Source: a virus
Taxonomy: Duplodnaviria > Heunggongvirae > Uroviricota > Caudoviricetes
DNA: 37,570 nt
Virus record (IMG/VR): IMGVR_UViG_2718218135_000004
Strand: one strand, 5' to 3'
The translations under genes and the position numbers were made by a program. Positions within the stretch are counted from its first letter, which is position 1. Every line of letters starts with the position of its first letter. The notes under the pieces are model-generated. The model was given only the letters and a program-made list of their open reading frames with translations, did no database searches and was not told where the DNA came from. This document shows positions 19,234-28,699 of this stretch, piece after piece.

Positions 19234-19678
19234 GTTTCACCGTCCACATTTCTTCAGGTTCATCGGGTTCTGCTACAGCTTCAACGCTCGACACACTGCC
19301 GTCAGTACTGACCAGCACACGTTCCGTCAGTTGCAGGTTAAGGCTGATATCACAGACATCGTTGCGCAAAATATCCACCTCAAAGGTGAATAGCTTTTCC
19401 CGTAACGCCGGGTTATTGATGGCATCGGGCTGGTTATCCCGAAGCCACAGTAAAACCGGGGCCATCAGCAGATTCTGGTCGCCGCTGAAATCCTCTATCA
19501 CCACGTTCAGGGTATAGCGGTACTCCCATGACATGGAGCTGGCCCCCGTGGCAACCAGCGAACCGTTATCCACAAACAGATGCAGTTTGTCCGGGTTATT
19601 GCGGACATAAGGCACCGCTTTATTGAGGGCGTGGCGCAGGGATTGTGGTTTGTTCACTGTTTCGCTCCTGACACGCAA
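19226..19678 (-). CDS. R: tail completion protein gpR-like
   Basis: 150-aa ORF, 8-nt overlap with S. Confidence 0.85.
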   Translation of the reverse strand: MRVRSETVNKPQSLRHALNKAVPYVRNNPDKLHLFVDNGSLVATGASSMSWEYRYTLNVVIEDFSGDQNLLMAPVLLWLRDNQPDAINNPALREKLFTFEVDILRNDVCDISLNLQLTERVLVSTDGSVSSVEAVAEPDEPEEMWTVKRG

Positions 19679-19910
19679 TAATCATGTCCACTTTGTCTGC
19701 ACAGACCGCCCAGGCGGCCTCCGTTTCATCCAGCAACGCGTTCAGATCACCGTTAGTGCGCGGCGCTGCCTGCCCCAGCCGACACGGCGTCACTCGCGGA
19801 CAACCACTGACGGTAAGCTGCACCTCCGGTGAGTGTGGGGCGTTCCCGCAGCCGGATAATGTCAGCAGGCAAAGGAGTATCAGCCCAGCGGCGTAAATCC
19901 TCGTTCTCAC
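19620..19910 (-). CDS. lysC: o-spanin lipoprotein LysC-like (Rz1-type), nested out of frame in lysB
   Basis: Signal peptide plus lipobox LTLSGC; Pro-rich mature part; begins inside lysB in another frame and extends past its stop. Confidence 0.75.
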   Translation of the reverse strand: MRTRIYAAGLILLCLLTLSGCGNAPHSPEVQLTVSGCPRVTPCRLGQAAPRTNGDLNALLDETEAAWAVCADKVDMIIACQERNSEQTTIPAPRPQ

Positions 19911-20181
19911 GTTTCAGTTCCTCAATCCGGTGTTGTCGTTGTCTCAGCAGTACACTGGTCTGTTCTGCTTCGGCATAGAGCCGCGCCTGCTCCCGGTTAT
20001 TGGTTTCAGTCAGAATGGACAGGCTGATAAGCTGGCTGTTGCTCTTTGCCAGTGCATGGCTTTTGCTCCGAAGCTCGTCTGCCTGCGTGCTGATGGTCTG
20101 GCTGGCATCAGCCAGCCGCCACGTCTGCCAGCCCAGCGCCGCCAGTAATAACGCCAGCACAACCAGCAGCAACCGGTTCAT
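19753..20181 (-). CDS. lysB: i-spanin LysB-like (Rz-type)
   Basis: N-terminal TM helix (LLLVVLALLLAALGW) followed by coiled-coil periplasmic domain. Confidence 0.8.
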   Translation of the reverse strand: MNRLLLVVLALLLAALGWQTWRLADASQTISTQADELRSKSHALAKSNSQLISLSILTETNNREQARLYAEAEQTSVLLRQRQHRIEELKRENEDLRRWADTPLPADIIRLRERPTLTGGAAYRQWLSASDAVSAGAGSAAH

Positions 20182-20555
20182 GCTGCTACCTGTTGCGCCA
20201 TCTGATTACGGGTGATCCAGAAGGCAATAACGGTCAGTAGATAAAAGACCAGGGTAATAGCCCACCCCGTCCAGGCGAGACTGACGACAATCAGCAATCG
20301 CATCATCCAGCTGATAAATACGTTTTCTTTTCGGGTAATTGTCTTCAGCAAAGATGCCCTCAACTCCTGCCAGAGCGGGCCGTTCTTAATTAACGCAGCC
20401 AGTGATACCGGAATTACTGCCCATGTCAGCAGACAGGCTACCCAGACACCAGATGCTGCCAGTACTGGAAAAATCCCCTGCGGATACACCATTGCGGCGA
20501 TTAACAGCGCTATCCATAACATCAGAAACAGCCCGCTGATTACTTTCTTTTTCAT
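20178..20555 (-). CDS. lysA: lysis regulatory membrane protein LysA-like
   Basis: Multi-TM protein; start chosen at MKKKVISGLF (20555) with GGAG RBS, directly after K stop; ORF-track start 20627 is an extension overlapping K. Confidence 0.7.
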   Translation of the reverse strand: MKKKVISGLFLMLWIALLIAAMVYPQGIFPVLAASGVWVACLLTWAVIPVSLAALIKNGPLWQELRASLLKTITRKENVFISWMMRLLIVVSLAWTGWAITLVFYLLTVIAFWITRNQMAQQVAA

Positions 20556-20556
20556 T

Positions 20557-21069
20557 TCAGTTTGCTCCCTGTAAGCACCAGGCCATCTCCCGCGCACGGC
20601 GGTTATCCAGCCCCTGATTAAACACACCTTTTACATACACCCAGCGCGGCAACTGTCGGCACGCATCCGCCCAGCGCCGCTGATTGAGCAATTTCACCAG
20701 CGTGGAACTGCAGGCATTGCCCGTTCCCACGTTGAAGGCAAACGACACCACCGAGTCATACACCTTTTGCGGCGGCTGTTGCTTCACACACCTTTCCAGC
20801 GCCCGCTCCACACGTAGCACGTTGGAGATCAGCCCTTCCGCTGCCTGTCGTTCCGTAATGGTTTTTCCTGGAATGACACCTGATGTATTACCAATGCCGT
20901 CGGTCCAGACACCCGCGCTGCACTGATACGGCTGCAGACGACAGCCTTCGTAATCGGCAATCAGTTTCAGCCCCTCCACGGAGGTGTGAAGTTGCTGAAA
21001 ACCCGGTAGCGTGGCAGCAATAGCCAGCACGGCCCCGACAAGGCAGCGTTTAACGATTGATGGATTCAT
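20557..21069 (-). CDS. K: endolysin gpK-like (lysozyme-type)
   Basis: 170-aa ORF with N-terminal signal-anchor-like segment; P2 lysis cassette position. Confidence 0.85.
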   Translation of the reverse strand: MNPSIVKRCLVGAVLAIAATLPGFQQLHTSVEGLKLIADYEGCRLQPYQCSAGVWTDGIGNTSGVIPGKTITERQAAEGLISNVLRVERALERCVKQQPPQKVYDSVVSFAFNVGTGNACSSTLVKLLNQRRWADACRQLPRWVYVKGVFNQGLDNRRAREMAWCLQGAN

Positions 21070-21265
21070 AGTCCTCCCGCGAGATCTGCCCGTCGCGCAG
21101 AAGCTGGTAGGCTTTGTGTTTGTAGTACCAGTTGATAGCCAGCATCAGCACACCAATCATCAGGCCGCCCAGCGTTGAGGCATCCTTGATGGACAAATCG
21201 CCCAGCCAGGCCAGCACGACGGCGATGCAATACGTGATAAAGGCGCTGATTCGCTCAAGCGTCAT
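21050..21265 (-). CDS. Y: putative holin (two TM helices, charged C-terminus)
   Basis: 71-aa ORF with two hydrophobic helices and basic/acidic tail KHKAYQLLRDGQISREDYESINR; located between X and K. Confidence 0.6.
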   Translation of the reverse strand: MTLERISAFITYCIAVVLAWLGDLSIKDASTLGGLMIGVLMLAINWYYKHKAYQLLRDGQISREDYESINR

Positions 21266-21268
21266 AAT

Positions 21269-21472
21269 TCAGTCCCATAGCTGGACGGTCTGCACGGTGG
21301 TGGTGGTCGGAATGTCCGGCAGCTCCACCTGCAGCCCGTGAGGTAAAAAGGGGCCGTATTCGGCAAGCCCCGGATTTGCCTTCAGTACCTGCTCCGTGAC
21401 ACCCTGCGTGCGCCCGTAATGACGCCAGCAAAGCGCGTCCACCGTGTCATACTGATGCGCACGCACTTTCAT
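21269..21472 (-). CDS. X: tail protein gpX-like (67 aa)
   Basis: 67-aa ORF MKVRAHQYDTVDALCWRHYGRT..; recalled similarity to P2 gpX. Confidence 0.85.
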   Translation of the reverse strand: MKVRAHQYDTVDALCWRHYGRTQGVTEQVLKANPGLAEYGPFLPHGLQVELPDIPTTTTVQTVQLWD

Positions 21473-21999
21473 CAGATAAGCTCCACTGTGCAGTGCGGCG
21501 CATCCTGCACCCGGCTGATGGCCCAGCGGGCGTCACGCCACAAATCACCGCTTGCTTCCGCCAGTTCCTCGCCCCGCTTCACACCGGACGCCGTGGCGTC
21601 ATAGTCCTGGTAACGTTCGTTGAGCATGGCGCGTGCCCAGCAGTAAACCGCGTTGAAATAGTGCTGAATGCGCTCACTTTTGCCGTCCAGCTGTTCCGCC
21701 GGAACCTCAGCCAGCGACACATACCCCAGCATCTGCTGACATCTGCGAAACTCATACAGCTCTGCGTTGACCTCCGAAATTGCCGACAGCGCAACCTGCT
21801 TTAAACGCGGCTGCGTCACCGTGCCGTCAGTGCGCATCACGCTGCGAAACTCCGACAGGTCCACATCAGGCCAGAACGGCGTATTCCTGATGATTTCCGC
21901 CTGTTCCGGTGCCTGTTCTGGCGCAACAAACTTCATGCTGCTTTCTCCTGAAATAGAGGGCGGTGGACGGGGTTTTGATGTGGCAGTGCCTTTCGCCAC
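21472..21999 (-). CDS. L: head completion/stabilisation protein gpL-like
   Basis: 175-aa ORF; true start may be the internal ATG at 21936. Confidence 0.8.
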   Translation of the reverse strand: MAKGTATSKPRPPPSISGESSMKFVAPEQAPEQAEIIRNTPFWPDVDLSEFRSVMRTDGTVTQPRLKQVALSAISEVNAELYEFRRCQQMLGYVSLAEVPAEQLDGKSERIQHYFNAVYCWARAMLNERYQDYDATASGVKRGEELAEASGDLWRDARWAISRVQDAPHCTVELI

Positions 22000-22031
22000 C
22001 CCGTGCCGCCCGTGCGCGGGGGCACGTTCTG

Positions 22032-22682
22032 TCAGCGGCTGTCATTGCGCAGTCTGCGCTCCAGCTGCTGTTTGTCTTTTTTCACGCCACAGCGAGGATC
22101 GAGCTGTAACGCATGGTTGAGATGATTAAGGGCGGAAGCCGGGTTGCTTTCACTCAGGACAGCGCCAATCGCTTTATGCAGACGCGCCCGTGACTGGTCC
22201 GGCATATCCAGACCGTCTGTCAGCTCCAGCGTCTGCAGCAACAGATCGGCATCAAAGCCGGTGGCGGCAAGCATTGCGCTCTGCGCCGCGTCTGCCATTT
22301 CCTCTGCCAGCACGGTCTGCACGTTGCGGTTACCCAGCGGCATCACCCAGCCATGACGCAGGGCATGACGCCCGATCTCCAGCGCCCCTGCATAATCTCC
22401 GGCATCAATGCGCCACAGCATCACGTACATCAGCACGTCATCCTGTTGAGCGCCTCCGGCAGCCAGAACGCCCTCCGCCCAGGCGGCATATTTCGGCAGC
22501 AGCTCCACCTTGATTTCTGCTTTTTTGACCGTGGACTGAACGCCCTTGAGACGGCGGCGGTCTTCCGCCAGTTGCAGCAGCATCAGGTCATAGCCCGACG
22601 CGTGGCGAACACTGCCACCCTCGCGAGCGGCCTGTTCAGCCTGAACGCGCAGGCGATGCTGCCGTGCGGGACTCAGGCTCAT
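22032..22682 (-). CDS. M: terminase small (endonuclease) subunit gpM-like
   Basis: 216-aa ORF between N and L. Confidence 0.8.
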   Translation of the reverse strand: MSLSPARQHRLRVQAEQAAREGGSVRHASGYDLMLLQLAEDRRRLKGVQSTVKKAEIKVELLPKYAAWAEGVLAAGGAQQDDVLMYVMLWRIDAGDYAGALEIGRHALRHGWVMPLGNRNVQTVLAEEMADAAQSAMLAATGFDADLLLQTLELTDGLDMPDQSRARLHKAIGAVLSESNPASALNHLNHALQLDPRCGVKKDKQQLERRLRNDSR

Positions 22683-22685
22683 GAA

Positions 22686-23744
22686 TTACGCTCCGGTTTC
22701 TGCTGCGGCGGCGCTGAAGTCACCAATCTGGATGTTTTCCACCAGTGCAGCGCAGCGATAGTCCTCAACCACATAGGCTTCGTTAACGGATTCAAAATTT
22801 TCAATCCGGTCACGTTTCGGGTTGTCGATAACTGAACGGCGGCGGGTATCTTCCTGCCAGTAGATGGACAGGTTATCCAGACGGGTGATCAGCAGCGCAT
22901 TCGGCGGGAAGAACGGCGCACGCACTGCCTGCAGGCCACCCATGCGTTTCTGACTGATGATCATATCGGCAGCCAGTTTTTCACTGTTTTCCTGCTCTTT
23001 GTTGACCAGCGGGAAATACTTGTCAGACAGCAGTTCACGACCGCAAATCACCACCAGATCGTCATCGTCCTGGTAGACCACATCGATAAGCTCATTGACG
23101 GCATCCATCACTACGGCGTCCAGGTTGGCATATTCGCCACCTTTCCCGACTTTCACCGCGCCCGGAGTGGTTTCACCGCCCGTGGTGGTGCTGCCCATGA
23201 CGTGATCCGGTGCATCTTCACGGATTTTCTGCAGCCAGCCTTTGTTCACATCCTGCAGCAGCGGGTTTTCGCTACGGTTGGAGGTTTTCGCACGCTTCAC
23301 GCCGTTAAAGCCGATCATGATGCGGTCCAGTGCCTGACGTTTTACGATGGCGTCACGGATACGCACCTGGAAATCCTGAAACTTCGCCCACAGGTCCAGC
23401 TTCGCGTAGGTCAGCACCGTGTCAAAGTTAGTCTGCTCGCATTTGTATTCCACATCGACCATTAGCGTCGGATCGACAGGCTCACGCTCTTTAGCTGTGG
23501 TATCAGTGGTTCCGGCAATGGTGCTGCCAACACCCAGCCCCAGCAACTGACCAGACTGCTCAGTCACTGGCGTGACGTTAATCAGCGTCAGGAATGCGGC
23601 GGACTGCTGGATCTGATCTTCCAGCGTCTGCTGCACAGACGGCTCTACAGTGAACTTGCTGGACAGTTCTTCAACGGCCACACCGTTCAGACGCGCCAGC
23701 TGCTGCAGGTAAGCGTTAAAAGCAAAGCGGGTATTCTTCTTCAT
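22686..23744 (-). CDS. N: major capsid protein gpN-like
   Basis: 352-aa ORF. Confidence 0.9.
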   Translation of the reverse strand: MKKNTRFAFNAYLQQLARLNGVAVEELSSKFTVEPSVQQTLEDQIQQSAAFLTLINVTPVTEQSGQLLGLGVGSTIAGTTDTTAKEREPVDPTLMVDVEYKCEQTNFDTVLTYAKLDLWAKFQDFQVRIRDAIVKRQALDRIMIGFNGVKRAKTSNRSENPLLQDVNKGWLQKIREDAPDHVMGSTTTGGETTPGAVKVGKGGEYANLDAVVMDAVNELIDVVYQDDDDLVVICGRELLSDKYFPLVNKEQENSEKLAADMIISQKRMGGLQAVRAPFFPPNALLITRLDNLSIYWQEDTRRRSVIDNPKRDRIENFESVNEAYVVEDYRCAALVENIQIGDFSAAAAETGA

Positions 23745-23760
23745 CGGGTTTTGTGCTCCA

Positions 23761-24594
23761 TCAGCAATTGGTCAGAGTGTCAGCGGGGGCGTTACCGCCT
23801 GTTGCACGCTGGCGGTAGTCCTGGCGGCTGTCTTCATGACTCAGCTTATTCACCAGTTCGTTAAAGGCGGTCTGCTGTGCCTGCAGGGCAGTCTCCAGCT
23901 CAGACAGACGTTCTTCCTGCTCAGACAGGGATTTTTCGGTGCGTGCGCTCAGGTTTTGCTGCTCAGTGGCGACCAACTCCACGGCCTTATGCACATCAGA
24001 GAACCGGGCATCGTCGGACTGCTCTTTTTTGGTGAACAGTGCCGTGACGCGGGCAAACAGGGACGGCTTGTCCTCCTGGATTTCTTCCAGTTCGATCACC
24101 GTTTCCTCTGCGGCGGTAAAGAGATTGGCGGGATTCTGCTTGCGGTTTGCCAGCGGGTTATGGGCTGCACTGGCGCTGAATGTCAGCATTTCAGTGCCCA
24201 GACTGGCAGGGTCATCAGTGGCAGCCAGGCCGACCAGGTAGGCTTTGCCCGTATCAGCAAACTTCGGACTGACTTCCATAGATGTGAATAATTTCTGGCC
24301 TTTTTTCACCAGTTCCACCAGGGATTCCGTTGGCTCAACGTCGGCATACAGCGCCATCTTGCCTGCCAACGGACCTTCCGTGATTTCTTCAGCAAACAGC
24401 GCCGTCACCTTGCCGTAGCGGTTAAAGGTGCTGTCCGGCAGATAAGACTTGATGTGCTCAAGGTTAATCAGCGCGGTATACACCGCCGGGTTGTAGCTGG
24501 CTGCCATCTGTTCCAGCCATTCACGCTGGATTTCGCGTCCGTCGGTGGTGGCACCTTCCACCCCGATGCGAAAACGCTTTGCTTTCACTGTCAT
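23761..24594 (-). CDS. O: capsid scaffolding protein gpO-like
   Basis: 277-aa ORF, first gene of leftward late operon. Confidence 0.85.
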   Translation of the reverse strand: MTVKAKRFRIGVEGATTDGREIQREWLEQMAASYNPAVYTALINLEHIKSYLPDSTFNRYGKVTALFAEEITEGPLAGKMALYADVEPTESLVELVKKGQKLFTSMEVSPKFADTGKAYLVGLAATDDPASLGTEMLTFSASAAHNPLANRKQNPANLFTAAEETVIELEEIQEDKPSLFARVTALFTKKEQSDDARFSDVHKAVELVATEQQNLSARTEKSLSEQEERLSELETALQAQQTAFNELVNKLSHEDSRQDYRQRATGGNAPADTLTNC

Positions 24595-24672
24595 GAGCCG
24601 TGCTCCGTTAGAAAAAACTTACTGGAGCCTTATGGTTGCGGTGATGGGGGCAGTGAAACAATGCGCGGTATT

Positions 24673-24690
24673 TGTACCGACAACCACACA
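24673..24690 (-). promoter_or_regulatory. P2-type late promoter dyad (TGT-N12-ACA) in the divergent P/O intergenic region
   Basis: TGTACCGACAACCACACA, about 87 nt upstream of the O start codon. Confidence 0.6.
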
Positions 24691-24736
24691 AACCGCAGGC
24701 GGGGAAAGCCTTCATTCAAGGCTGTAGGTTTGTGCC

Positions 24737-26503
24737 ATGAACACCACACTGACACCCGCAGATCTCGATCCCCGTCGGCAGGCCATGCTGCTGTACTTTC
24801 AGGGATACCGCGTCGCCCGCATTGCTGAAATGCTGGGCGAGAAAGTTGCAACTGTTCACAGCTGGAAAAAACGCGACAAGTGGGGTGACTATGGGCCGCT
24901 GGATCAGATGCAGCTCACCACCGCCGCACGCTACTGCCAGCTCATTATGAAGGAGCACAAAGAAGGGAAAGATTTCAAAGAGATTGACCTGCTGGCGCGC
25001 CAGTCGGAGCGCCACGCGCGGATCGGCAAGTTTAACAATGGCGGCAACGAAGCCGACTTAAACCCTAACGTCGCCAACCGCAACAAAGGCCCACGCCGTC
25101 AGCCGGAAAAGAATGTTTTCACCGATGAACAGATTGAGAAGCTGGAAGAAATCTTCCATTCCTCCATGTTCAACTACCAGCGCCACTGGTGGGAAGCCGG
25201 AAAAACCAACCGCATCCGCAACCTGCTGAAGTCACGCCAGATCGGCGCAACCTTCTATTTTGCCCGTGAAGCCCTGATTGACGCCCTGCTGACCGGACGT
25301 AACCAGATTTTCCTTTCCGCCAGCAAGGCACAGGCCCACGTCTTTAAGCAGTACATCTTCGACTTCGCCAAAGAAGTGGAGGTGGAGCTGAAAGGTGATC
25401 CGATGGTGCTTCCTAACGGTGCCACTCTTTACTTCCTCGGCACCAATGCCCGCACTGCCCAGAGTTATCACGGCAACCTGTATCTGGATGAATATTTCTG
25501 GATACCGAAATTTCAGGAGCTGCGTAAAGTGGCTTCCGGTATGGCTATTCACAAAAAATGGCGACAAACCTATTTTTCCACGCCATCAAGCCTGACCCAC
25601 AGTGCTTATCCGTTCTGGTCCGGTGCGCTGTTCAACCGTGGACGCAACAAAGCCGACAAGGTGGACATCGACCTGTCCCACAGCAATCTGGCCCCCGGCC
25701 TGCTGTGCGCAGACGGGCAATACCGCCAGATAGTCACCGTGGAAGATGCGGTGCGCGGCGGCTGCAACCTGTTCGACCTTGACCAGTTGCGCATGGAGTA
25801 CAGCCCGGACGAATACCAGAACCTGCTGATGTGCGAGTTTGTGGACGATCTCGCGTCCGTGTTTCCGCTCAGCGAGCTGCAGGCGTGCATGGTGGACAGT
25901 TGGGAAGTCTGGACCGACTTTCATGCACTGGCCCTTCGCCCGTTTGGGTGGCGCGAAGTGTGGATCGGTTATGACCCGGCAAAAGGTACGCAGAACGGCG
26001 ACAGCGCCGGATGCGTGGTGGTGGCACCGCCAGCCGTGCCGGGCGGTAAGTTCCGTATTCTTGAGCGCCACCAGTGGCGCGGGATGGACTTCCGCGCCCA
26101 GGCGGACGCCATCAAAAAACTGACCGAACAGTACAACGTGACATATATCGGCATCGACTCGACGGGTGTCGGTCACGGGGTTTACGAGAACGTGAAAGCG
26201 TTTTTTCCTGCCGTCCGGGAGTTTGTCTACAACCCCAACGTTAAAAATGCCCTGGTACTCAAGGCATACGACATTATCAGCCACCGCCGTCTGGAGTTTG
26301 ACGCCGGGCACACCGACATTGCGCAGTCATTCATGGCAATCCGTCGCGCCACCACCGCCAGTGGCAACCGCCCGACCTATGAAGCCAGCCGCAGCGAAGA
26401 AGCCAGCCACGCCGATCTGGCCTGGGCAACGATGCACGCACTGTTTAATGAACCGCTGCAGGGCGAGTCCGCCAATACAAGCAATATTGTGGAGATTTTT
26501 TGA
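24737..26503 (+). CDS. P: terminase large (ATPase) subunit gpP-like
   Basis: 588-aa ORF divergent from O. Confidence 0.9.
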   Translation: MNTTLTPADLDPRRQAMLLYFQGYRVARIAEMLGEKVATVHSWKKRDKWGDYGPLDQMQLTTAARYCQLIMKEHKEGKDFKEIDLLARQSERHARIGKFNNGGNEADLNPNVANRNKGPRRQPEKNVFTDEQIEKLEEIFHSSMFNYQRHWWEAGKTNRIRNLLKSRQIGATFYFAREALIDALLTGRNQIFLSASKAQAHVFKQYIFDFAKEVEVELKGDPMVLPNGATLYFLGTNARTAQSYHGNLYLDEYFWIPKFQELRKVASGMAIHKKWRQTYFSTPSSLTHSAYPFWSGALFNRGRNKADKVDIDLSHSNLAPGLLCADGQYRQIVTVEDAVRGGCNLFDLDQLRMEYSPDEYQNLLMCEFVDDLASVFPLSELQACMVDSWEVWTDFHALALRPFGWREVWIGYDPAKGTQNGDSAGCVVVAPPAVPGGKFRILERHQWRGMDFRAQADAIKKLTEQYNVTYIGIDSTGVGHGVYENVKAFFPAVREFVYNPNVKNALVLKAYDIISHRRLEFDAGHTDIAQSFMAIRRATTASGNRPTYEASRSEEASHADLAWATMHALFNEPLQGESANTSNIVEIF

Positions 26504-27549
26504 TGGGAAAGAGTAAGAAAAACCGCGCTGCGGCGATGAATCACATCCAGCATAAAAGCCAGACTTCAGCCGAAGCATTCAGCTTCGGCGATCCCGTTCC
26601 TGTTCTGGACCGCCGAGAATTACTGGACTATGTGGAATGCGTACAGATGGACCGTTGGTATGAGCCGCCCGTCAGCTTTGACGGACTGGCGCGCACCTTC
26701 CGCGCCGCCGTGCATCACAGTTCCCCGATTGCAGTAAAGTGCAACATTCTGACCAGTACCTATATCCCTCATCCGCTGCTCAGCCAGCAGGCTTTTTCGC
26801 GTTTTGTGCAGGACTATCTGGTATTTGGTAACGCCTACCTGGAGAAACGCACGAACCGCTTCGGTGAAGTTATCGCCCTTGAACCGACCCTGGCAAAATA
26901 CACCCGACGCGGATTAGACCTGGATACCTACTGGTTTGTGCAATACGGCATGACTACGCAGCCGTATCAGTTCACGAAAGGCAGCATTTTTCATCTGATG
27001 GAACCGGACATCAACCAGGAGATCTACGGCCTGCCCGGTTATCTTTCTGCCATTCCGTCAGCCCTGCTCAACGAGTCCGCCACGCTGTTCCGCCGCAAGT
27101 ATTACATTAACGGCAGTCATGCAGGCTTCATCATGTACATGACCGATGCAGCGCAGAACCAGGAGGATGTGAACAACCTCCGCAATGCGATGAAAAGCGC
27201 CAAAGGTCCTGGTAACTTCCGTAACCTGTTTATGTACTCGCCTAACGGTAAAAAGGACGGGCTTCAGATTATCCCGTTGTCAGAAGTGGCGGCGAAGGAT
27301 GAGTTCCTGAATATCAAGAACGTGAGCCGGGACGACATGATGGCGGCGCATCGTGTGCCGCCACAAATGATGGGGATAATGCCTAATAATGTCGGGGGGT
27401 TTGGGGATGTAGAAAAGGCAAGCCGTGTCTTTGTCCGCAACGAGTTGATACCTCTGCAGAAACGCCTACAGGAACTTAACAACTGGCTGGGCGATGAAGT
27501 TATACGTTTCGAGCCGTACACTTTAGATATTCAGAATGAAAAGAAATAA
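26500..27549 (+). CDS. Q: portal protein gpQ-like
   Basis: 349-aa ORF, ATGA overlap with P stop. Confidence 0.88.
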   Translation: MMGKSKKNRAAAMNHIQHKSQTSAEAFSFGDPVPVLDRRELLDYVECVQMDRWYEPPVSFDGLARTFRAAVHHSSPIAVKCNILTSTYIPHPLLSQQAFSRFVQDYLVFGNAYLEKRTNRFGEVIALEPTLAKYTRRGLDLDTYWFVQYGMTTQPYQFTKGSIFHLMEPDINQEIYGLPGYLSAIPSALLNESATLFRRKYYINGSHAGFIMYMTDAAQNQEDVNNLRNAMKSAKGPGNFRNLFMYSPNGKKDGLQIIPLSEVAAKDEFLNIKNVSRDDMMAAHRVPPQMMGIMPNNVGGFGDVEKASRVFVRNELIPLQKRLQELNNWLGDEVIRFEPYTLDIQNEKK

Positions 27550-27577
27550 AAGTTAGCGAATAAAAATCATTAGCATA

Positions 27578-27596
27578 GGCCGCAAACTGAGCGGCC
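27578..27596. terminator. hairpin between convergent Q and hotspot operon
   Basis: GGCCGC-AAACTGA-GCGGCC followed by TTATT. Confidence 0.5.
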
Positions 27597-27603
27597 TTAT
27601 TCA

Positions 27604-27873
27604 TTACCAATTTCTTTTTTCGGAGTTTAGCCAATCACCGCATGGATAATATCTTGACGCCCATTCACCTTGTAAACGAGCTACAAACAGAATATCGTTA
27701 CTATCGACCCTGGCTTGGAGTCCGTCACGCAGTTGAGTTGCGGTCAGCGTTGTATCTACTAACCAAAATGATTCAAGATATTTACAGTATGTAAATTGCT
27801 TTAGATAGTCAAAAACTTCATCGTAGTTTCTTCCCGGAGCCTTCAAGTCATAGGTTATACAATAAATAGCCAT
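27604..27873 (-). CDS. hypothetical 89-aa protein (hotspot cargo)
   Basis: ORF with GGAG RBS that overlaps the stop of the upstream Zn-ribbon gene; no family recognised from sequence. Confidence 0.55.
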   Translation of the reverse strand: MAIYCITYDLKAPGRNYDEVFDYLKQFTYCKYLESFWLVDTTLTATQLRDGLQARVDSNDILFVARLQGEWASRYYPCGDWLNSEKRNW

Positions 27874-27876
27874 TCT

Positions 27877-28059
27877 CTAAGCTCCGCATTTTTTATCATT
27901 TGGGGAACATCTTAACCTGCGACATTTGCGGCAATACGATTGAGGGATCAGCCGCTCTCCTTCCATAGTTCTAAAACCAAACACTTCTTCAATTTTGTTC
28001 AAATCACCACTTGCAATAACCCCACAGCAGGGGCAGACAGCCTCAATTTGAAATGCCAT
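27877..28059 (-). CDS. small Zn-ribbon protein (about 60 aa; CPCC...CRKC)
   Basis: Start chosen at ATG 28059 with GGAG RBS; ORF-track TTG start 28122 is less likely; Cys pattern C-x-C-C ... C-x-x-C. Confidence 0.5.
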   Translation of the reverse strand: MAFQIEAVCPCCGVIASGDLNKIEEVFGFRTMEGERLIPQSYCRKCRRLRCSPNDKKCGA

Positions 28060-28699
28060 GTCTATCTCCATTCCACATGTTGAATGTAGGGTAATACTTC
28101 CTTTCAAGCAAAAATGAGACAAGGATCTTGAAACCTAATTTAAACTTGCTTGCGCGCGCTCGTATCCCCGCCACGCCTGCCCGCTTTATGTAGTAGTTTT
28201 CATGCACCTGCATGACATGAGCAAAAGCCCGCCAGTTCTGGCATGTCTTAGCCAAACCGATCCTCAAACGATCATGCGAACTCATGCAGCATAGACATGC
28301 ATGACATGAAAATCGGTCAAACCTTGAAACCAGTCATAAATATGAGCCAGCTTAATACACACTAAATAGCTGCGTCTAATACTGCTACACCTGCCGTTTA
28401 CTGACATGTGGCATGTCGCGTAAGGACAACATACTGTAGGCCAGATACAGCAGGATCAGGCGAAGAAAACGGCCCCACGCCTTACCCAGCAAGGGCCAAG
28501 GGCTAACCGAAAGTGGAGCATTATTCCGCGCAGTTATTTAGTGTCAGCTCTTTTGAGCTAAAATCAAGTTTCAACATGAGGGTCTGTGCAGGCTTTCTCA
28601 TCCCGCTAATTTATACAGCACACCTATATGGCTATGAGTTTGTCATGCCCGCTAATCCTGTTAGGATTAGCCTTGTTTTTTTACGATTGGGATAGGGAT

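Noticed and set aside
24694-24709. GC-rich motif GCAGGCGGGGAAAGCC resembling my recollection of P2/186 cohesive-end sequence
   Set aside because: Located in the P/O intergenic promoter region rather than adjacent to Q where cos is expected; recollection of the cos sequence is not reliable enough to call it
25586-26311. 241-aa ORF on the - strand
   Set aside because: Antisense to the terminase large subunit gene, which is far better supported
28043-28285. 80-aa - strand ORF; also the 60-aa + strand ORF at 28513-28695
   Set aside because: No RBS, overlap the better-supported Zn-ribbon and lipoprotein starts, and fall in a repeat-rich region better interpreted as non-coding
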